64,000 nt of DNA, taken from contig NC_045696.1 in the NCBI RefSeq assembly GCF_009834535.1, forward strand, positions 45,944,001-46,008,000. The letters run 5' to 3'. Of the stretch, positions 51,262 through 64,000 are shown in pieces; positions within the stretch are counted from its first letter, which is position 1, and every line of letters begins with the position of its first letter. The DNA is from Camelus ferus (lineage: Eukaryota). Under the pieces are notes generated by a model. That model did not search any database and had not been told where the DNA came from. It worked only from the letters and a program-made list of their open reading frames with translations. The position numbers and the translations under genes are program-made.

Positions 51262-51425
51262 CTTGAAAGAAAGGAACAAAGCTTTGTCTGTAATTGAAGG
51301 ATGGATTGCAAGCCAGGGTACATCAATGGATCCTTATGCAGCAAGAAAAGGAGTATTGATGGCACTATAGTCTTCCGCGGCTATATCAACACGTAATTAT
51401 CCAGGTCATCAGCTATGACATCACT
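51262..51425 (-). promoter_or_regulatory. Candidate distal promoter/enhancer with possible donor AAG|GTACAT at 51262/51261
   Basis: Locally retained CpGs (ccgcgg, cacgta), CRE-like TGACATCA at 51416-51423 and nuclear-receptor half-site AGGTCA at 51403-51408. Confidence 0.3.
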
Positions 51426-53679
51426 TTTTTTTTGAGTTGCTGTTGCACTTTAATTCAGAAGTCAAGGTAAAAGTTTAATACATATAATAAATTGAAAAGT
51501 GAAAGTGAAGTAGGATCTGAGCTTTGTTTTTCCAAACATGTTTCTAAAAAAGCTGTTTTATTTTACAACACACATAGAGTTGGATACAAATGCCTTTTAA
51601 ATCTTGTGAAGGAGAAGACTTCACTGACTGCTTAAATTGATCATCTCTTCCTCTCTATGGAGACTGCATTCTCAAAGCCTTATGAAGTACAAGAAGATGG
51701 GTCTCTTCCTTTACTTCCCTGTAATTACGGTAATTATATGATTAACTTTTCCGTAACCATTTGGCAATCACTAAAGCTTTGCAGAAGGTGGTTTTCCTAT
51801 TGGTGTCTTACAACCAATATATCCATATCTATGGAACTCATATTTTCTAAATACTATGTAAAACTTTCAAAAGCCATCACGAAAGTCAAGCCTGGGAAAC
51901 TGTTATACTGAGAAACTTTTACTGAGAATGTGCTACTCAGGAATATCCATGGTAGAAGTTAGAGATCTGCATTAGCTATAAAGGCAACCATATTCATGAC
52001 CACTTCTTTCTGTTCCATTTAAATCACTTTTGAAATGACATTCTGTTGGAGAAAATGATCTCCTCACTACCACATATGCATTTTCACATGAATCCAACTA
52101 TATCGGTCCCAGGATACTCCTCGTTAAATAGAGAATAATTAGTTCCTTTTCTAAAATGGATGCAATAATTCAAAAGAATAGTAGCGATCATCTCTTAGGG
52201 AAAAACTGAATTAGCAAAACTAAAGTCTCTCAGGTAGAACTTTCAACATGTGATATTAAGAATGCAGTAAGAGGTAACTTCTTTGGGAGGAGGTTAGAAG
52301 CCAAAGGGGAGGCAAAACTGACCTGAATTTACCAGTATGAAGAAACTAGAGCATTGAGTGTTTCCATATTCCAAAGCAGAATAATTATGAAGGCAATATA
52401 TTATGATAAAATATGTAGCTCTGGTGCACATACATAAAACATTACCAAATTAGAGCAAGTTTATGATTCATCTAGGGTAGTGTTCAGTATCTGTAAGTGG
52501 CAGTTAGTAAATGCTTACTTGTTGAGCTGAGAAACAAACCAAACACCTGTCCCTAAGGCTATGCATTGCATATTTATAGTAAACTTATTCCCCAGTGCAA
52601 GGTCTTATGTCATAGTAAACACTTTGTGTTTAAAAAAAAAAACTGTCTGAAAATCTGTTAGTAGTAAATCCAAGGTATATAAAATATACAAACCAATAAC
52701 CAGAAAATTTAATAAGTTTTCTTCATGTTATAGGTGTATTGTAAAAGCATGGAAAAGGAAAGAAAGAAAGAGAGGCGGGGAAGAGACAGAAAGGAGGGAA
52801 GGAAAAGGGGTCATTCATGTACACTGTCATGCACCTTGAATTTCTAAATTAAATTCAAAACTAATGTTTCCAAAATAAAGAACTGTCAGCCAAAATGATT
52901 GCTAACAAAAGCGAAATAATCTCTATAGTCAGCTTATCATTTTTTTCTAAGTTTAATTCTACAGCTTAGAAGTGTGACCACAGAGGACATAAACTTGAAA
53001 TGAAAATAATGTGTTTATTAGATGTATAAAGGTGACACACATTACAGCAAAAGAAGATGACACTGCTGAAAGAAGTAACTTTGAAGTGATAAGGGAAAAT
53101 GAACAGGGGAGGAGAAGAAATGAATTGGAAGAAATGGAGCAGGAAGAACATTATTTGGTGTAAATTAAAATTAAATGTAAAAAGATGACAGTAGTTCTGA
53201 TCTTGTCAGGCTGAGGTATTTTTGCGGCAGACAGTAGTAGGAAAATTATAAGCAATTTGCAAACCACAGGTCTGCAAGCATGCACATTTCTCCTCTCATG
53301 ATTAAGTTTTTTTTTCCCTCATAGAGAAAAACAAATTCTAAAATACCAGTTTCATTGAATTTGTGTCAAAATCAGCGGCAGTTTAGTCCCTGCCAATGAC
53401 AGACAGCCCCTGCAAGCCACAGGCAAAAGTTAGAATTGGCTACATTGTCTTTGATGGTGACTCCATTTGATAACACCCTTCCTGGAGCCCGTCTTTCACA
53501 CAGAATATGGATTGCCCCAATTTCTAAGCTGTTTCTCCAACTTAGCAACTGTCCTCTCCCCTGCCCTGGGTGCAGCCCTCTGGACTGGGCTTGTCAGAAC
53601 CACAGACAGGGTCCTGCCCCCACCCAACCCTCCTTCTGTAGGTCCAGAGGACAACGGTCTGCCTCTACCTCCTCTCCTC

Positions 53680-53925
53680 GAATAACAGCCAACACAGAGT
53701 GCTCCTATGTGCCAGGCATGTTGACATATATTAATATATTAAAAATATTTCATGCTCAAAACCACCCTATGTGCTTGGTACTATTATGACCCTCACTTTA
53801 CAGAGGAAGAACCTGAACACAAAATGAACAATGACTTGGCCAAGTCACTCACCTAGGAAAGGATCTGAGCTCAGGGAAGTATGGCCCCAGAGTCCTCTCT
53901 CTTAACAATGACATTATATAGCACT
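53680..53925 (-). mobile_element. MIR SINE
   Basis: 'gtgctcctatgtgccaggca...ctttacagaggaagaacctga...tgacttggccaagtcac'. Confidence 0.8.
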
Positions 53926-53939
53926 TGTTTCTTTTCAAA

Positions 53940-54830
53940 TATTCATTCATTGAATAACCATTTATTTTAGCATTATTACATGCAAGTTACTGTGCTAGAT
54001 GTGAGGGAGTATATCAGTGAATCAAAAAAAAGATATGGCACTTTTTCTTGGGGAGGAGGAAACAGTCAATTTGGGGTGACAGACAATGAACAAGTGACCC
54101 AGCATAGTGTCATACTGTGAAAGTGTTCTAAAGGAAAAAAAAAAAAAAAACAAAGTGTGGGTAGAGAGAATAACAGAGACAACAGAAAAGAGGATCGTTT
54201 ATGACCAAGACCTGAGAGAAGGAGCCAGCCACACAATGGGCAGCAGCAGTGAACATTCCAGGAAGAAGAAGGAGCATGGGCAAAGGCCCAGTGGTAGGAA
54301 AAATATTCCCATTTCTGGGAACTTAAAGGAAAGTTGAGTGACTAGAGCAAGTGGGTGAGGAGAGAAATAGGATTGCATTAGAAAAAGAGGAAATCAAACT
54401 GTGTGACACGTTATACAGGGAGTTGTCATTTTGTGTAAAGTGCAACAGAAATCATTAATAGAGTTTTAAGCTGCACAGTGACGTGATCACATTTATATTT
54501 TTAAAAAAACTTCTCTGTCTGCTTTGTGGAAAACAGGCTGGAGAAGTAAGAGTGAAAATGAAGAGACAAAGAAGGCTATTGTAATAGGACCATCTAGAAG
54601 TGGTGGTGGTTCCATCTAGAAGTAGTTGGTGCTGGAGAGGAAAACCTATGGTCACATTCAGGATGTATTTTAGAAGCTGAGCTGGCAGGATCTGGTGTTG
54701 GACTGGACACAGGGAATGAATGAACGGCAGGACCTAACAATGACTCCCATGGCGGGTGGGATAGTCATTTTCTAAATAGGAAAGACTTAAAGAGAAACAG
54801 TTAAAACAAGAATTCAGTTTTGAATGTGTT
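53940..54830 (-). mobile_element. L2 3' region
   Basis: 'attcattcattgaataaccatttatt' tail and 'gagttttaagctgcacagtgacgtgatcacatttatattttt'. Confidence 0.8.
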
Positions 54831-56189
54831 ATATATATCTGGTCTTCAGCCTCCACCTTTGTGTATAATCAAAATAACACTTGACTAGCCCTAGAGTGGA
54901 AGACAACAACAGAACCCTCAGAAATATTTGGGAATCTGGGAATAGTCTCTTCCTAGGTGAGGGCTCTGAGCGGGAATTCCCAGAATTATGCAGTGGCCCC
55001 TGGTGTAGCTGCAATAGAGCAAAGCTCATTCCTGAGGTGGAGAAAGGCTGAGGCAGCCAAACCATGACATTATACCCTTTGCCCAGCCAGGAATGGCATG
55101 AGAGAGAAGCCCAGTGTCGCTGGCCTCTAGAACTGTGCAGAACAGCTGAAAGGAGAGCCCTGAAGTATCTATGGTCATGATACAGGCCCCCTGCAGCAGA
55201 GAGCTTTGCAGTCCCCCCACCAGGTGGTAACCCTGACACCTCCAATGATGGCAGCAGGGAGCAAAGCCAAAGGCCAAAGGCCAGACAGGATGAGTGACAT
55301 CCCAGCTTGTGGACAGCTGTATGGGAGAAAGGACAGCTTGGACCAGATGCCCCACTCTGGTGCCAGAACATTGATGCCACTTTGAGAAGGCAGGGGAGGG
55401 GGAAAGTTCTGAGTTAACTCAGTTTCATCTAAAACATAGAGAAAGCATGAACACACTACAAATGTGTGTTTTACCTTTAGGCAGAATGTGAATTGATGAG
55501 TTTTGAAAAGTAGTCCTCTTTCTTCAAACACCTAAGTAAACTTACTTGGAAATTTTCACTGACTATAACGGGAATGGCTCCCTGGCCTTTACCCTTCAGT
55601 TCCTGTCATAATCTTCTGGGAGACTGGGCAAGGTATTCCTCATGGGGACGCAAACATTCAGTCCACAACATCCTCCTGTTGCTCCTCCTTCTTTGCCCCT
55701 AACTCTTTAGGGTCAAATTTAGGTGGTAGCTTAAATATTAGTTCCTCATTCATTCAAAAAGTTTTTATAAAGGGCTTATTATATACTAAGTCCTGGTTCT
55801 AGGCTGCTGGTAATATATATGAAAAGAAGACAAATAAGGTAACTGAGCTGACACTAAAGACAGTGGGGAATGGGGGAGTGCGGGGTTGGCCAGTGTGTGT
55901 GCAATAGACAGTAAAAAATAAATAATCATGTGTGTTATGCTGAGAATAATTCGGCGCTATCTGACAGAGAACAAAGAGGGAAGTACCAGAGTTCTTTCTG
56001 TAGTCTTAGTAGAAATCAACATCAAAATCGGAACTGCCATTATACCAGAGTCAATTATTTACATCATTCTACCCTTTGTAACCTCAGGTAGTTTGATCCA
56101 TGTGACACTGTAATATCACTAGCGCTTATTTAGCTGTAACTCTGTTTAAACTTGTCACTGCCCTGAAACCAATGAACTGTGTGTATATG

Positions 56190-56400
56190 GAGCAGTGCAG
56201 TGGATTAGAAAGGGCACAGTCTTCAAAGTCAGGCACTGAGGGCTCCAATCCCTGATCTACATCTCGCTAGCTGTGAGCTCTTGGGCAAGTCACTTGGACT
56301 CATGAAACCTCATCTTACCCACTTGCAGTGTGGGAATAGTAATATTTAACTCAAATTTTTGTTATACATATCAAAATAATAATAGCATTAAATAATATAC
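56190..56400 (+). mobile_element. MIR SINE
   Basis: 'ctagctgtgagctcttgggcaagtcactt'. Confidence 0.75.
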
Positions 56401-57529
56401 ATTTATTTGGTTTGATTAAGGAGCCTCAACTAATTGAATACAGATCTGGAATCGTTTAACCATTTTCTCAAATAATACCTATCAAATGTCCTCTTTCAAT
56501 CTCCATTCCACCTAGGTATAAGCTCCTTACAGATCTCAGCCCTATTTGTAACATTTCTTCAGTTAGGTTAACATTATCTCATATCTTACATTTCTCCCTC
56601 TTCCACAAAAGCAGGACACACTACTAACTGGAAGTAATTGGGGGTGAGGAGGAAGGGATGTGATCCCCAGACAGCACTCTCCACCACAGCTTCAGTGGCA
56701 GTGAGCGGAGGCGGGAGACATCTGATCACTTGAGACCACAATGCCTGGTGACAAATACACCGTTCTCTTTCTTTAAGTTGTTGCTCTTTCTCTGTTAAAC
56801 TATGACTGCTTGTCAATGCCACCTTTGAAAGAGAGCTCCAAGTCTTGGCTCTTGGTCGGTTCTTGGGAAGGTACTTTGGGCCTCCTCTTCCATGGTTCCT
56901 TGGCTGGGACACCAGGTTGAAGCTAAGTCTATTCCTTCCCGCCTCAATACCAGCCACAGCTGGCATTCCCTCACTCCTCACCAAAACGGTACTTGCAGCA
57001 CTGCCTAGGTCATGGCCACAATTGGTGGTGGTTTCCCTACATGTAGGAAGCCCACATATCCTTACCAAAAGTGGGGAACAGGGCTGAGCCTCTGTCACTC
57101 CACTCACAGTTCTGTCATCTTTCTCCTGACCTTCACCCAAGCCAAGAACCATCAGGTATTATGTGGGCTCAATGGTTCAGCAGCTTTCCGGAAGAAGGCC
57201 ATCAGCTGTAGATCTCATAGAGAGGGAAAAACCAAGGCGTTCACTACCAACACCCTCCCAACACCCAAAGTCAAAGACCCCATGGTGTCCCCTCGCTTAA
57301 AACTAATGCCAAAATCCTAATCACACAGGCCTTCCAATCACCGCAAATTCTCACCCCAACCATCATGCAAGCCTCGTCTCCTGCCCCTCCCACCTCTCAC
57401 TGTATCCCTGCCTCACTATCGTCTTTAAGGTAATCAAACATGCCATGCTCCTCCTCACCTCAGTGTAAGTGAAGAGCACTCAAGACAGATTTTGTGGTGA
57501 GTTAAAGAAGGAGAAGCTGGCAAAGGAAA

Positions 57530-57790
57530 GAAAAGAGAAATACTCAGTGAGAAATGAAGAAAACCAGAAAATGCGATACTGCAGAAACCAAGAAAGGAGA
57601 GTGTTTCTAAGCAAAGTGAGTGGCTGACCATGTTAAATGCTGCTAACGTGAAGCCCAAGAACTGGTCTTTGAATTTGACCAGCTACAGGAGGCTGGTGAC
57701 CTTGAAATAAATGTTTTAGTAGAGCAGTGAAGACAAAGCTAAATTGAAGTAGTATAAAGGTGAATAAGAGATGAAGAATTAGATAATCTT
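57530..57790 (-). mobile_element. L2 fragment
   Basis: 'cagaaaccaagaaaggagagtgtttc...tgttaaatgctgct...ggtgaccttga'. Confidence 0.7.
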
Positions 57791-57971
57791 TAAGACAATT
57801 ATACTTGATACTAGGAACAGTATTAGCACTTAATTCTTTTAATTTAAAGTGGACTTAACTCTTTGCCAGACTCCATGCTAAGCACTTATTAAGTGCTCAC
57901 AGTAACACTATTAGGCAAGGAAACTGAAATCTAGAGGGACTAAGTAAATTGCCCAAAGACAGCTGACAAAC

Positions 57972-58464
57972 TGTGGCTGACTGAATAATGGTCCCTTAAG
58001 ATACACAGGTCCTAATACCTGGAACCTCTAATGTTACCTTATATGGCAAAAGGAACTCTGTAGATGTAAGGATCTGAGGTGGGGAGACTAACCTGGGCTA
58101 TTGGGATGGGCTCTAAGTGGGATCAGAATTGTCCCTAGAGAGGCAGAGGAAGATGTGACACAGAGAGAGGAGACACTGCCATAATCTCAGCGGAGAGAGA
58201 TGTGAAGATGCTACACTGCTGACTTTGAAGAGAGGAGCCCTCAAGCCAAAGAAAGCAAAGAATGAAGCTCTGAAAACAGGAAAAGGCAAGAAAATGAATT
58301 CTGCAAAAGCCTCCGGAGGGAGCCCAGCCCTGAAGTTAAGAACCTTAATTTCAGCCCAGGATATTGGTTTCAGTCTTCCGATCTCCAGAACTATATAAGA
58401 ATAAACGCATGTTTTTTTAAGCCAGAAAGTCTGTGGTAATTTGTTATGGAAGCCATAGGAAACT
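57972..58464 (+). mobile_element. MaLR solo LTR (MLT1D-like)
   Basis: 'gaataatggtccc...cctggaacc...atgttaccttatatggcaaaagg' and 'gtggtaatttgttatggaagccataggaaact'. Confidence 0.88.
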
Positions 58465-61400
58465 GTGGCAGGGCCAGAATCCTTTCTCTAACACAATTTA
58501 ACAATAAGTCGAAGTGTCACACATATGGAAATCAAAGTGAACACAGGAGTGGTAAGAAAGGAATAGAAAAGAGAAGTGCAGGAAGGGGAGAGGGAAGAGA
58601 ACAAATGGGGACAGCGGAGGAGAAGAGAGCAGAGGACAGAGAATCAAAACCCAAATATTCTTGAAGTGGTATCAGAGTGGTTCTCAGGGACTACTATCCC
58701 AATGCAGAGTGAGCTGGCATTCGGCTCACACTGAGAGTTAGCTCTAGGGGATGAAATTAAAATGCAGAATAACCTGTAAATACTGTGGCATCACAACTAA
58801 AGCGAAACCAGACAGTACTATTTTGGAGGTCGTTTGGTTTAGTGACTGTTGGTGGCAGCCAACAGTTAAAGAGACAGTATTAAATGGTAAGAAGTGAAGT
58901 TCAAAGGAAAACAGGTTGATTTATTTCTGTATCACCAACCCAACCTTGGCCTTAATTTGCCTTTAAAGATATGTTTTGCCAGTTTTCGTATTTTAATATT
59001 ATCTTGTTATTACTTACTGCTGGCTATCATTTGTTATCATGAAACTATGTTGGGACATGTTCACTTAACATGCTATAATAATCTACTTTCAAAAAGCAAC
59101 TTTATAAAGGCATTATTATTTGGATATCTTATTTAATTTCATGTTTAAATGATGCTTGGTATATATTAGCCAGAGACCACATCTCAAAATATCTACCTGT
59201 ATCCAATATTTAATACAAGGAAAAGAAGGTTAGAAGGAAAAAAATGATTTGCGTGTCTAATTCCACCTCTCAAACAACTTGAAAGTAATGGCAACATGCC
59301 CCCTGGGTTCAAGGGCATATCCGAGAGAGGTCATGAGGACTGAACCCTTTATTCTGATTTGCTGTGCTCTCACAGGATTCTTTTCCTAGTTGAGTGTTAC
59401 ATCCGTTTTCCCTAAGCAAGTTAGATACTTCATTTTGAAGTTCTCTAAGATTTGGAAGAGATTAGAATAGAAACACTTTGAGTCCATATATAGATTCTGA
59501 ATACACATAGAACAGTGATTTTCCAAATCTGCTAACAGTCCTCATATTACAAAGCTGAAAACTATATTTTAAGGGAGAATTAAGAATTAGGATGGAGGTG
59601 AAGGCACACTGGTGGGAAGAAATGCATTTAATTCAGTTTTTCCCTTTCGAAAACAGAAAGGGAAATAGCAACCAAATAACACAACATACAGAGTGTCTGT
59701 TTTTCAATGAAAATGCCAAATAAAGATATCTTTATACTGAAATCTGCATAGACAGCATTATCCGCCCCATCTGAAGATTTTTTCCCCCTGCACAAAAGAG
59801 CAGATTGACTGCTAGCAGTCTGTCACCCAAATGCACGAGTGACAGCGGCATCTAGTGGCACATGGTGGTACAGGACAGTGGAACATGCTCAGTGAGAGCA
59901 ACACCTGGGAGACACAGAGCTACATGTGAAAGTTTCCTGATTTATATGGCAACAAAACTGTATTTCAATGGAATCGGTGAGTCCTGTCTCTCAGAAAACG
60001 ATATTGTTCTGGGTCAACATTTGCAAAAGCCACTTAGTATTCACTGCTGGGGAAAGGGAAGCAGGTAGTCGAATAACACCACTTCGGTCTTGGAATTGGA
60101 AATGCGGTAATAGTATTACCGGGAATTAAAAAAACAAACAACAAAAAAAGATAGGAGATAGGAAAAAGGCAGCTGAATACACTTCCAAATGCCAATCTTA
60201 AAATCTATCCAAAGATATTAAATTTTACTTCTTTTATTTTATTTCTCAGCAGACTATTTCCTCATATCAACAGAAGAGGCCACCCCAGGCTGTGCTCTAG
60301 CAGCTGAAACCCTGGCACTCAGCCCGCTGGGTCGGACCTGTGAGCTACACCACTCTGCCCCTCTCTCCTCGGGCAACCTTTTGTCTGGTTGCCAGGTCAA
60401 TAATCTCTCCTGGCATCTGCCTTTTTCACCCATTTCCTCCTCCTCCCCCTCCACCAGGAAATCTAATTTCAAGTTGGCAGGCAGAAGGTCAGAAATCTTT
60501 GAAAGCCGCAGTTTCCACCGCCCACACTCAGGTCTCACCGCTGCACAGGCCAAATGCCAACTTACTCTCCCCCCTCCTCTGTAACATCCTGTATCTCTGC
60601 GATGCTCAAGCGGTCGCCTGAATCGTGCCTTCACATCTGCTCTGTCCCCTTCTTCAGCAGCAGGGCTACCTTTTAATAGTAACATCCTGCCGTGTCTGTC
60701 CCAAAGCTCAACACATCTTGTCATCTGTCCCAGGATCAGCAGCCTTCTCAGAGTTATCGACTCTGGGACTTGCCTCTGTCAGAAGTGTCTGGAGCCTGGA
60801 GTTGACTCAGAGTACCTGGGGAAAGGAGAGCTGGCAGCCCCCTGAAACCCACACAATCACATCTTTGAAAAATGGGCCAAATTAAAGCAAAAGGCTGCAG
60901 GCTAGTGTGATGGAAAAGACAAAGGGCAAAGTCACACCCAATCCAAATAGGTGACAGTTTTATTTCTTCATACATTTTGAAATGACATATTCAGGGCTAC
61001 TCTAGAACAGTCTCTTTAGCAAAAGAATTTTAAAATATCTTACATGATTTTTGCCCACTATAAAATAATTTTTAAAGCATATGCACTGAGGATTTTATAC
61101 TTTTTTTAATTTTAGAAAAGAGACCATGTCGGTGTTTAATTTTGAAACTACAAATTGTAAAGAAATCATATTCTGAAAAAATAGGATTTTCACCTCACTT
61201 GTTTCTAACCTCTTATAACCACTGTACTATTGCTATCAATTCTCCCCTAAAAGAGCAAAGTCAAAGCTACCTTAAAAGGGAGCAATAAGAAAATGAGAGC
61301 ATAAAAAAGCTAAAAAAGAGATAAAAAGGCAATTATTATCTATGCTAGAAATATCCATTGAGCAGAAGCTGACAACATGACTCCAAAATCTGTGATACTA

Positions 61401-61813
61401 GGAAAATGTGTAACATAGCAAACTCAGAAAAGATGGACAAATCACCAACAGTAAGAAAAAGTGAAGTTACAAAAAAGTCTTTGTAATATACTTTAGAGAT
61501 ATAATTACTTCTGTGTTGTTCTGTTATACATTTAATACAGTGTTAAGATTCTTGGCAGAATTATTTAAACTGGGGTATTATATGGGGATGATTTAGCTTC
61601 ACCTTTTTCTTTAATATATAATGAAATAGAAATCCAAAGATTAAAGTTTTTTCCCCCCAATAGCAAAGCAAGAACCAGAACCTAACTTTTTGATTACCAA
61701 TCCAGTGTTACGTACATATCTACATAGAATCTTTTAATATTAAAAGAATGTGATTGTAGTAAATAGATGATTTTTTGAACTGAATTGTGAATTGATTTAT
61801 GAATTCTGATTCA

Positions 61814-62190
61814 TGATTTATGAACTGAACTGTGTCCCTCCAAATTCTTACTTTGAAGCCATAAGCCCCAGTGTAATGGTATTTGGAGGTGGGGCCTTTG
61901 GAGGTATAATTAGGTTTAGATGAGGTCATGGGGGTGGGGCCCTCATGACAGGATTAGTGACCTTATAAGAAGAAGAAGAAGAGAGAGACCAGAGCTCTCT
62001 CTCCACCACATGAGCACAGTGAGAATGTTCCATCCTCACGGGACTAATGCAAATCAGGAAGAAAATCCTCACCAAGAATCAAATCTGCTAGCACCTGGTC
62101 TTCCTGGCAGCCCAGAACTGTGAGAAATGTCTGTTGTTTGAACCACCAAGTCTATGATATTTTGCATGGCAGTCCAAGCTGACCAAAACA
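61814..62190 (+). mobile_element. MaLR solo LTR (MLT1A-like)
   Basis: 'ggtatttggaggtggggcctttggagg...ttagatgaggtcatg...cagaactgtgagaaat'. Confidence 0.88.
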
Positions 62191-62952
62191 GATGAGTTCT
62201 GCCTTGCACTCTTTACCACTTCTAAAATAAATAAAACCATAATCATGGAATCCTGACTATGTACCAGTAAATCATCTAAATCACCTGATCTACCAAGAGA
62301 GGCACATGACTGGGAGAAAAGAAAAAATCAGCCCTTTAAAGGCAAGCACTTAAAAAGTGGTGATGGCATCAGACAACATTCTTTTGCAGCATGTGTAAAA
62401 TGAAAAATAAAAGAATGTAGAAACAGACTGAGGTGAAGAACCAAGGTTTAGAAAGAGTGACAATGATTACAAGGTTCAGATTTCACATATTGAGGGCCCA
62501 GGGATTGTATCTGGAACTTGTTTTGTCCTCATCATGTTTTATTTGGGTTGCTAAGAAGACATCAGCTTGAGATGACAGGAAGCCAGTATGTCATCCAGGG
62601 ACTAATGCTAAAGAGAAAGGTGTACAGAATGAACAGTCTTCTGCAAACTAAAAGAACAATGGAAAGTTTCTTCGTCTTTACAGAGCGAGTGATGGATTGA
62701 TGATGAGTGCTTGCCCATGGCTGCAGCTCTCAAAGACATCTTTCATTATGCTTTGAAAAGTGGTGCATCAAAATCCCCTGATTCAAAAACAAAGAATTCA
62801 TTGAAACTGGTTACAGTTCAGTGGAAAAAGAAACCACCATTCCAATGTACCTGAGTTGAAATAGGGTCAGTTTCCTGGTTATGTGACCTTAAGCCAGGCA
62901 CTTAACCTCACTGAACCTGTTTCAATCTTTAATCCTGAGATAATACATGCTC

Positions 62953-63245
62953 ACAGTCTTTTACCTGATATCCTTGGGGCTAGATTTCAGAATTATTTTA
63001 TTATGTAAGTAGTGCACATACTGAATTTTATATAATAACAATAATGTCTGGGACAGCAATTGGTAAGCAAACATACTGATATTCTTTCAGAGAAATGAAG
63101 TACCATAATCTACTAAATGAGAAAAATAAAGTTTATTAATAGTTTAATGGCATTTCAAGTCAGGTGTTGTCACCGAAATTATAAAACTTTCCAATTTAGA
63201 GCTTTCTGGATTTTGGAATTTTGGATATGAGATGAGTGACCCACA
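62953..63245. mobile_element. Tigger-type MITE (MER46-like) inserted in a MIR (about 62850-63310)
   Basis: Terminus 'gagctttctggattttggaattttggatatgagat' resembles Tigger4/MER46; MIR core lies to the left and its tail resumes to the right. Confidence 0.6.
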
Positions 63246-64000
63246 GATATGTTATCTTAGAGTGATTGTGAGGAGTAAATGGCATACGGAGGATAGAAAC
63301 TCACATAAGGTCATGCAGAATGGATTATAAATGAGAACCCAAGGAATCCCAAATAATCCAAGTACAAGGGAAATCTTTCCTGAGCATAAATTCCCTCTCC
63401 TAAGAGAGCCAACGTCCAGTTGCCAACTGATCTGAGCGGTATATTGAGAAGGTACAGAGATGCCCCTGTTTCTTTCTTCCACTCAACATCCCCTTCTTCA
63501 GACCAATTATCTCCAAGCCCTGGCTTTTCTGCAGCTTAGGGAGGGAGGTGCACAGTTAACAGCGTTTTCTTCTTTTAACACTCCGCCTACCCTCTACCTT
63601 ACTCCTGCCTCTGTGGAGCCCACAATGAAGAGGAAAGAGCTTTGTACATTGCTTTACAGTTTTTAAAACATGTTGCCTCCATGGACTTCTTTAATCATTA
63701 CAGCAGCCAATGAGAGGCGAGTCTCCACCTACCATTGTGGTTAGTATCAGGACCTAGGCTCCAGACTTTCTGTATCCCCTTCAGGTGAATGACGTCATCC
63801 CAGGAACTTCTCTGCCTCGTGCCAGATCCCTCCCAGGGTCCAGGAAGACCTGTCTCTTCTCAGTTCAAAGCTCATGCCTGCCTTCCCAAGCAACCCATGG
63901 TTCCTGTCTCTAATCTGAAGAATGCCTCCAATCCTGCCCAGTGACTCATTCAAAAACATCCCCCACACATCCCCTCCTCAATCCCCCTAGGAAGCCACCT

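Noticed and set aside
54829..55380. 183-aa ORF
   Set aside because: Non-ATG start, no recognisable homology, overlaps repeat-like sequence.
56586..57152. 188-aa ORF
   Set aside because: No recognisable domain or exon context; lies in an LTR-like block.
60254..60724. 156-aa ORF in a GC-richer patch
   Set aside because: No recognisable homology; several overlapping ORFs on both strands point to a composition effect.
1..64000. CRISPR arrays, operons, prokaryotic defence systems, rRNA or recognisable miRNA/snoRNA genes
   Set aside because: The sequence is mammalian, and I saw no regularly spaced repeats or RNA genes I recognise; an Infernal/Rfam scan would be needed to exclude small RNAs.

Overview
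This is AT-rich, repeat-rich mammalian genomic DNA, almost certainly from a camelid. It carries three tRNA-Ala-headed SINEs of the Vic-1 type and young L1 3' ends of artiodactyl/camelid type. I recognise no intact protein-coding exon, and the ORF track is best explained as chance ORFs, GC-rich patches and decayed retroelement frames. The main non-repeat signal is a small CpG-rich promoter at about 26.8-27.2 kb (CCAAT, ETS, GC box, YY1) with a minus-strand splice donor at 26770/26769. This suggests the first exon of a large minus-strand gene, with the left 26 kb as intron. A weaker minus-strand exon/promoter candidate lies at about 51.05-51.42 kb. The layout recalls the PDE4D long-isoform/PART1 5' region, but that identity is unverified. 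The rest is MIR, L2, ancient and young L1, MaLR/ERVL LTRs, hAT/Tigger relics and a heavily deleted gamma-like ERV whose integrase tail runs in frame into an env tail. I found no convincing new biological system. The most interesting directly visible structures are an L1 target site used twice, the chimeric-looking ERV, a nested SINE/L1 cluster and the possibly bidirectional promoter. Repeat subfamily names and most boundaries were assigned by eye and are approximate.
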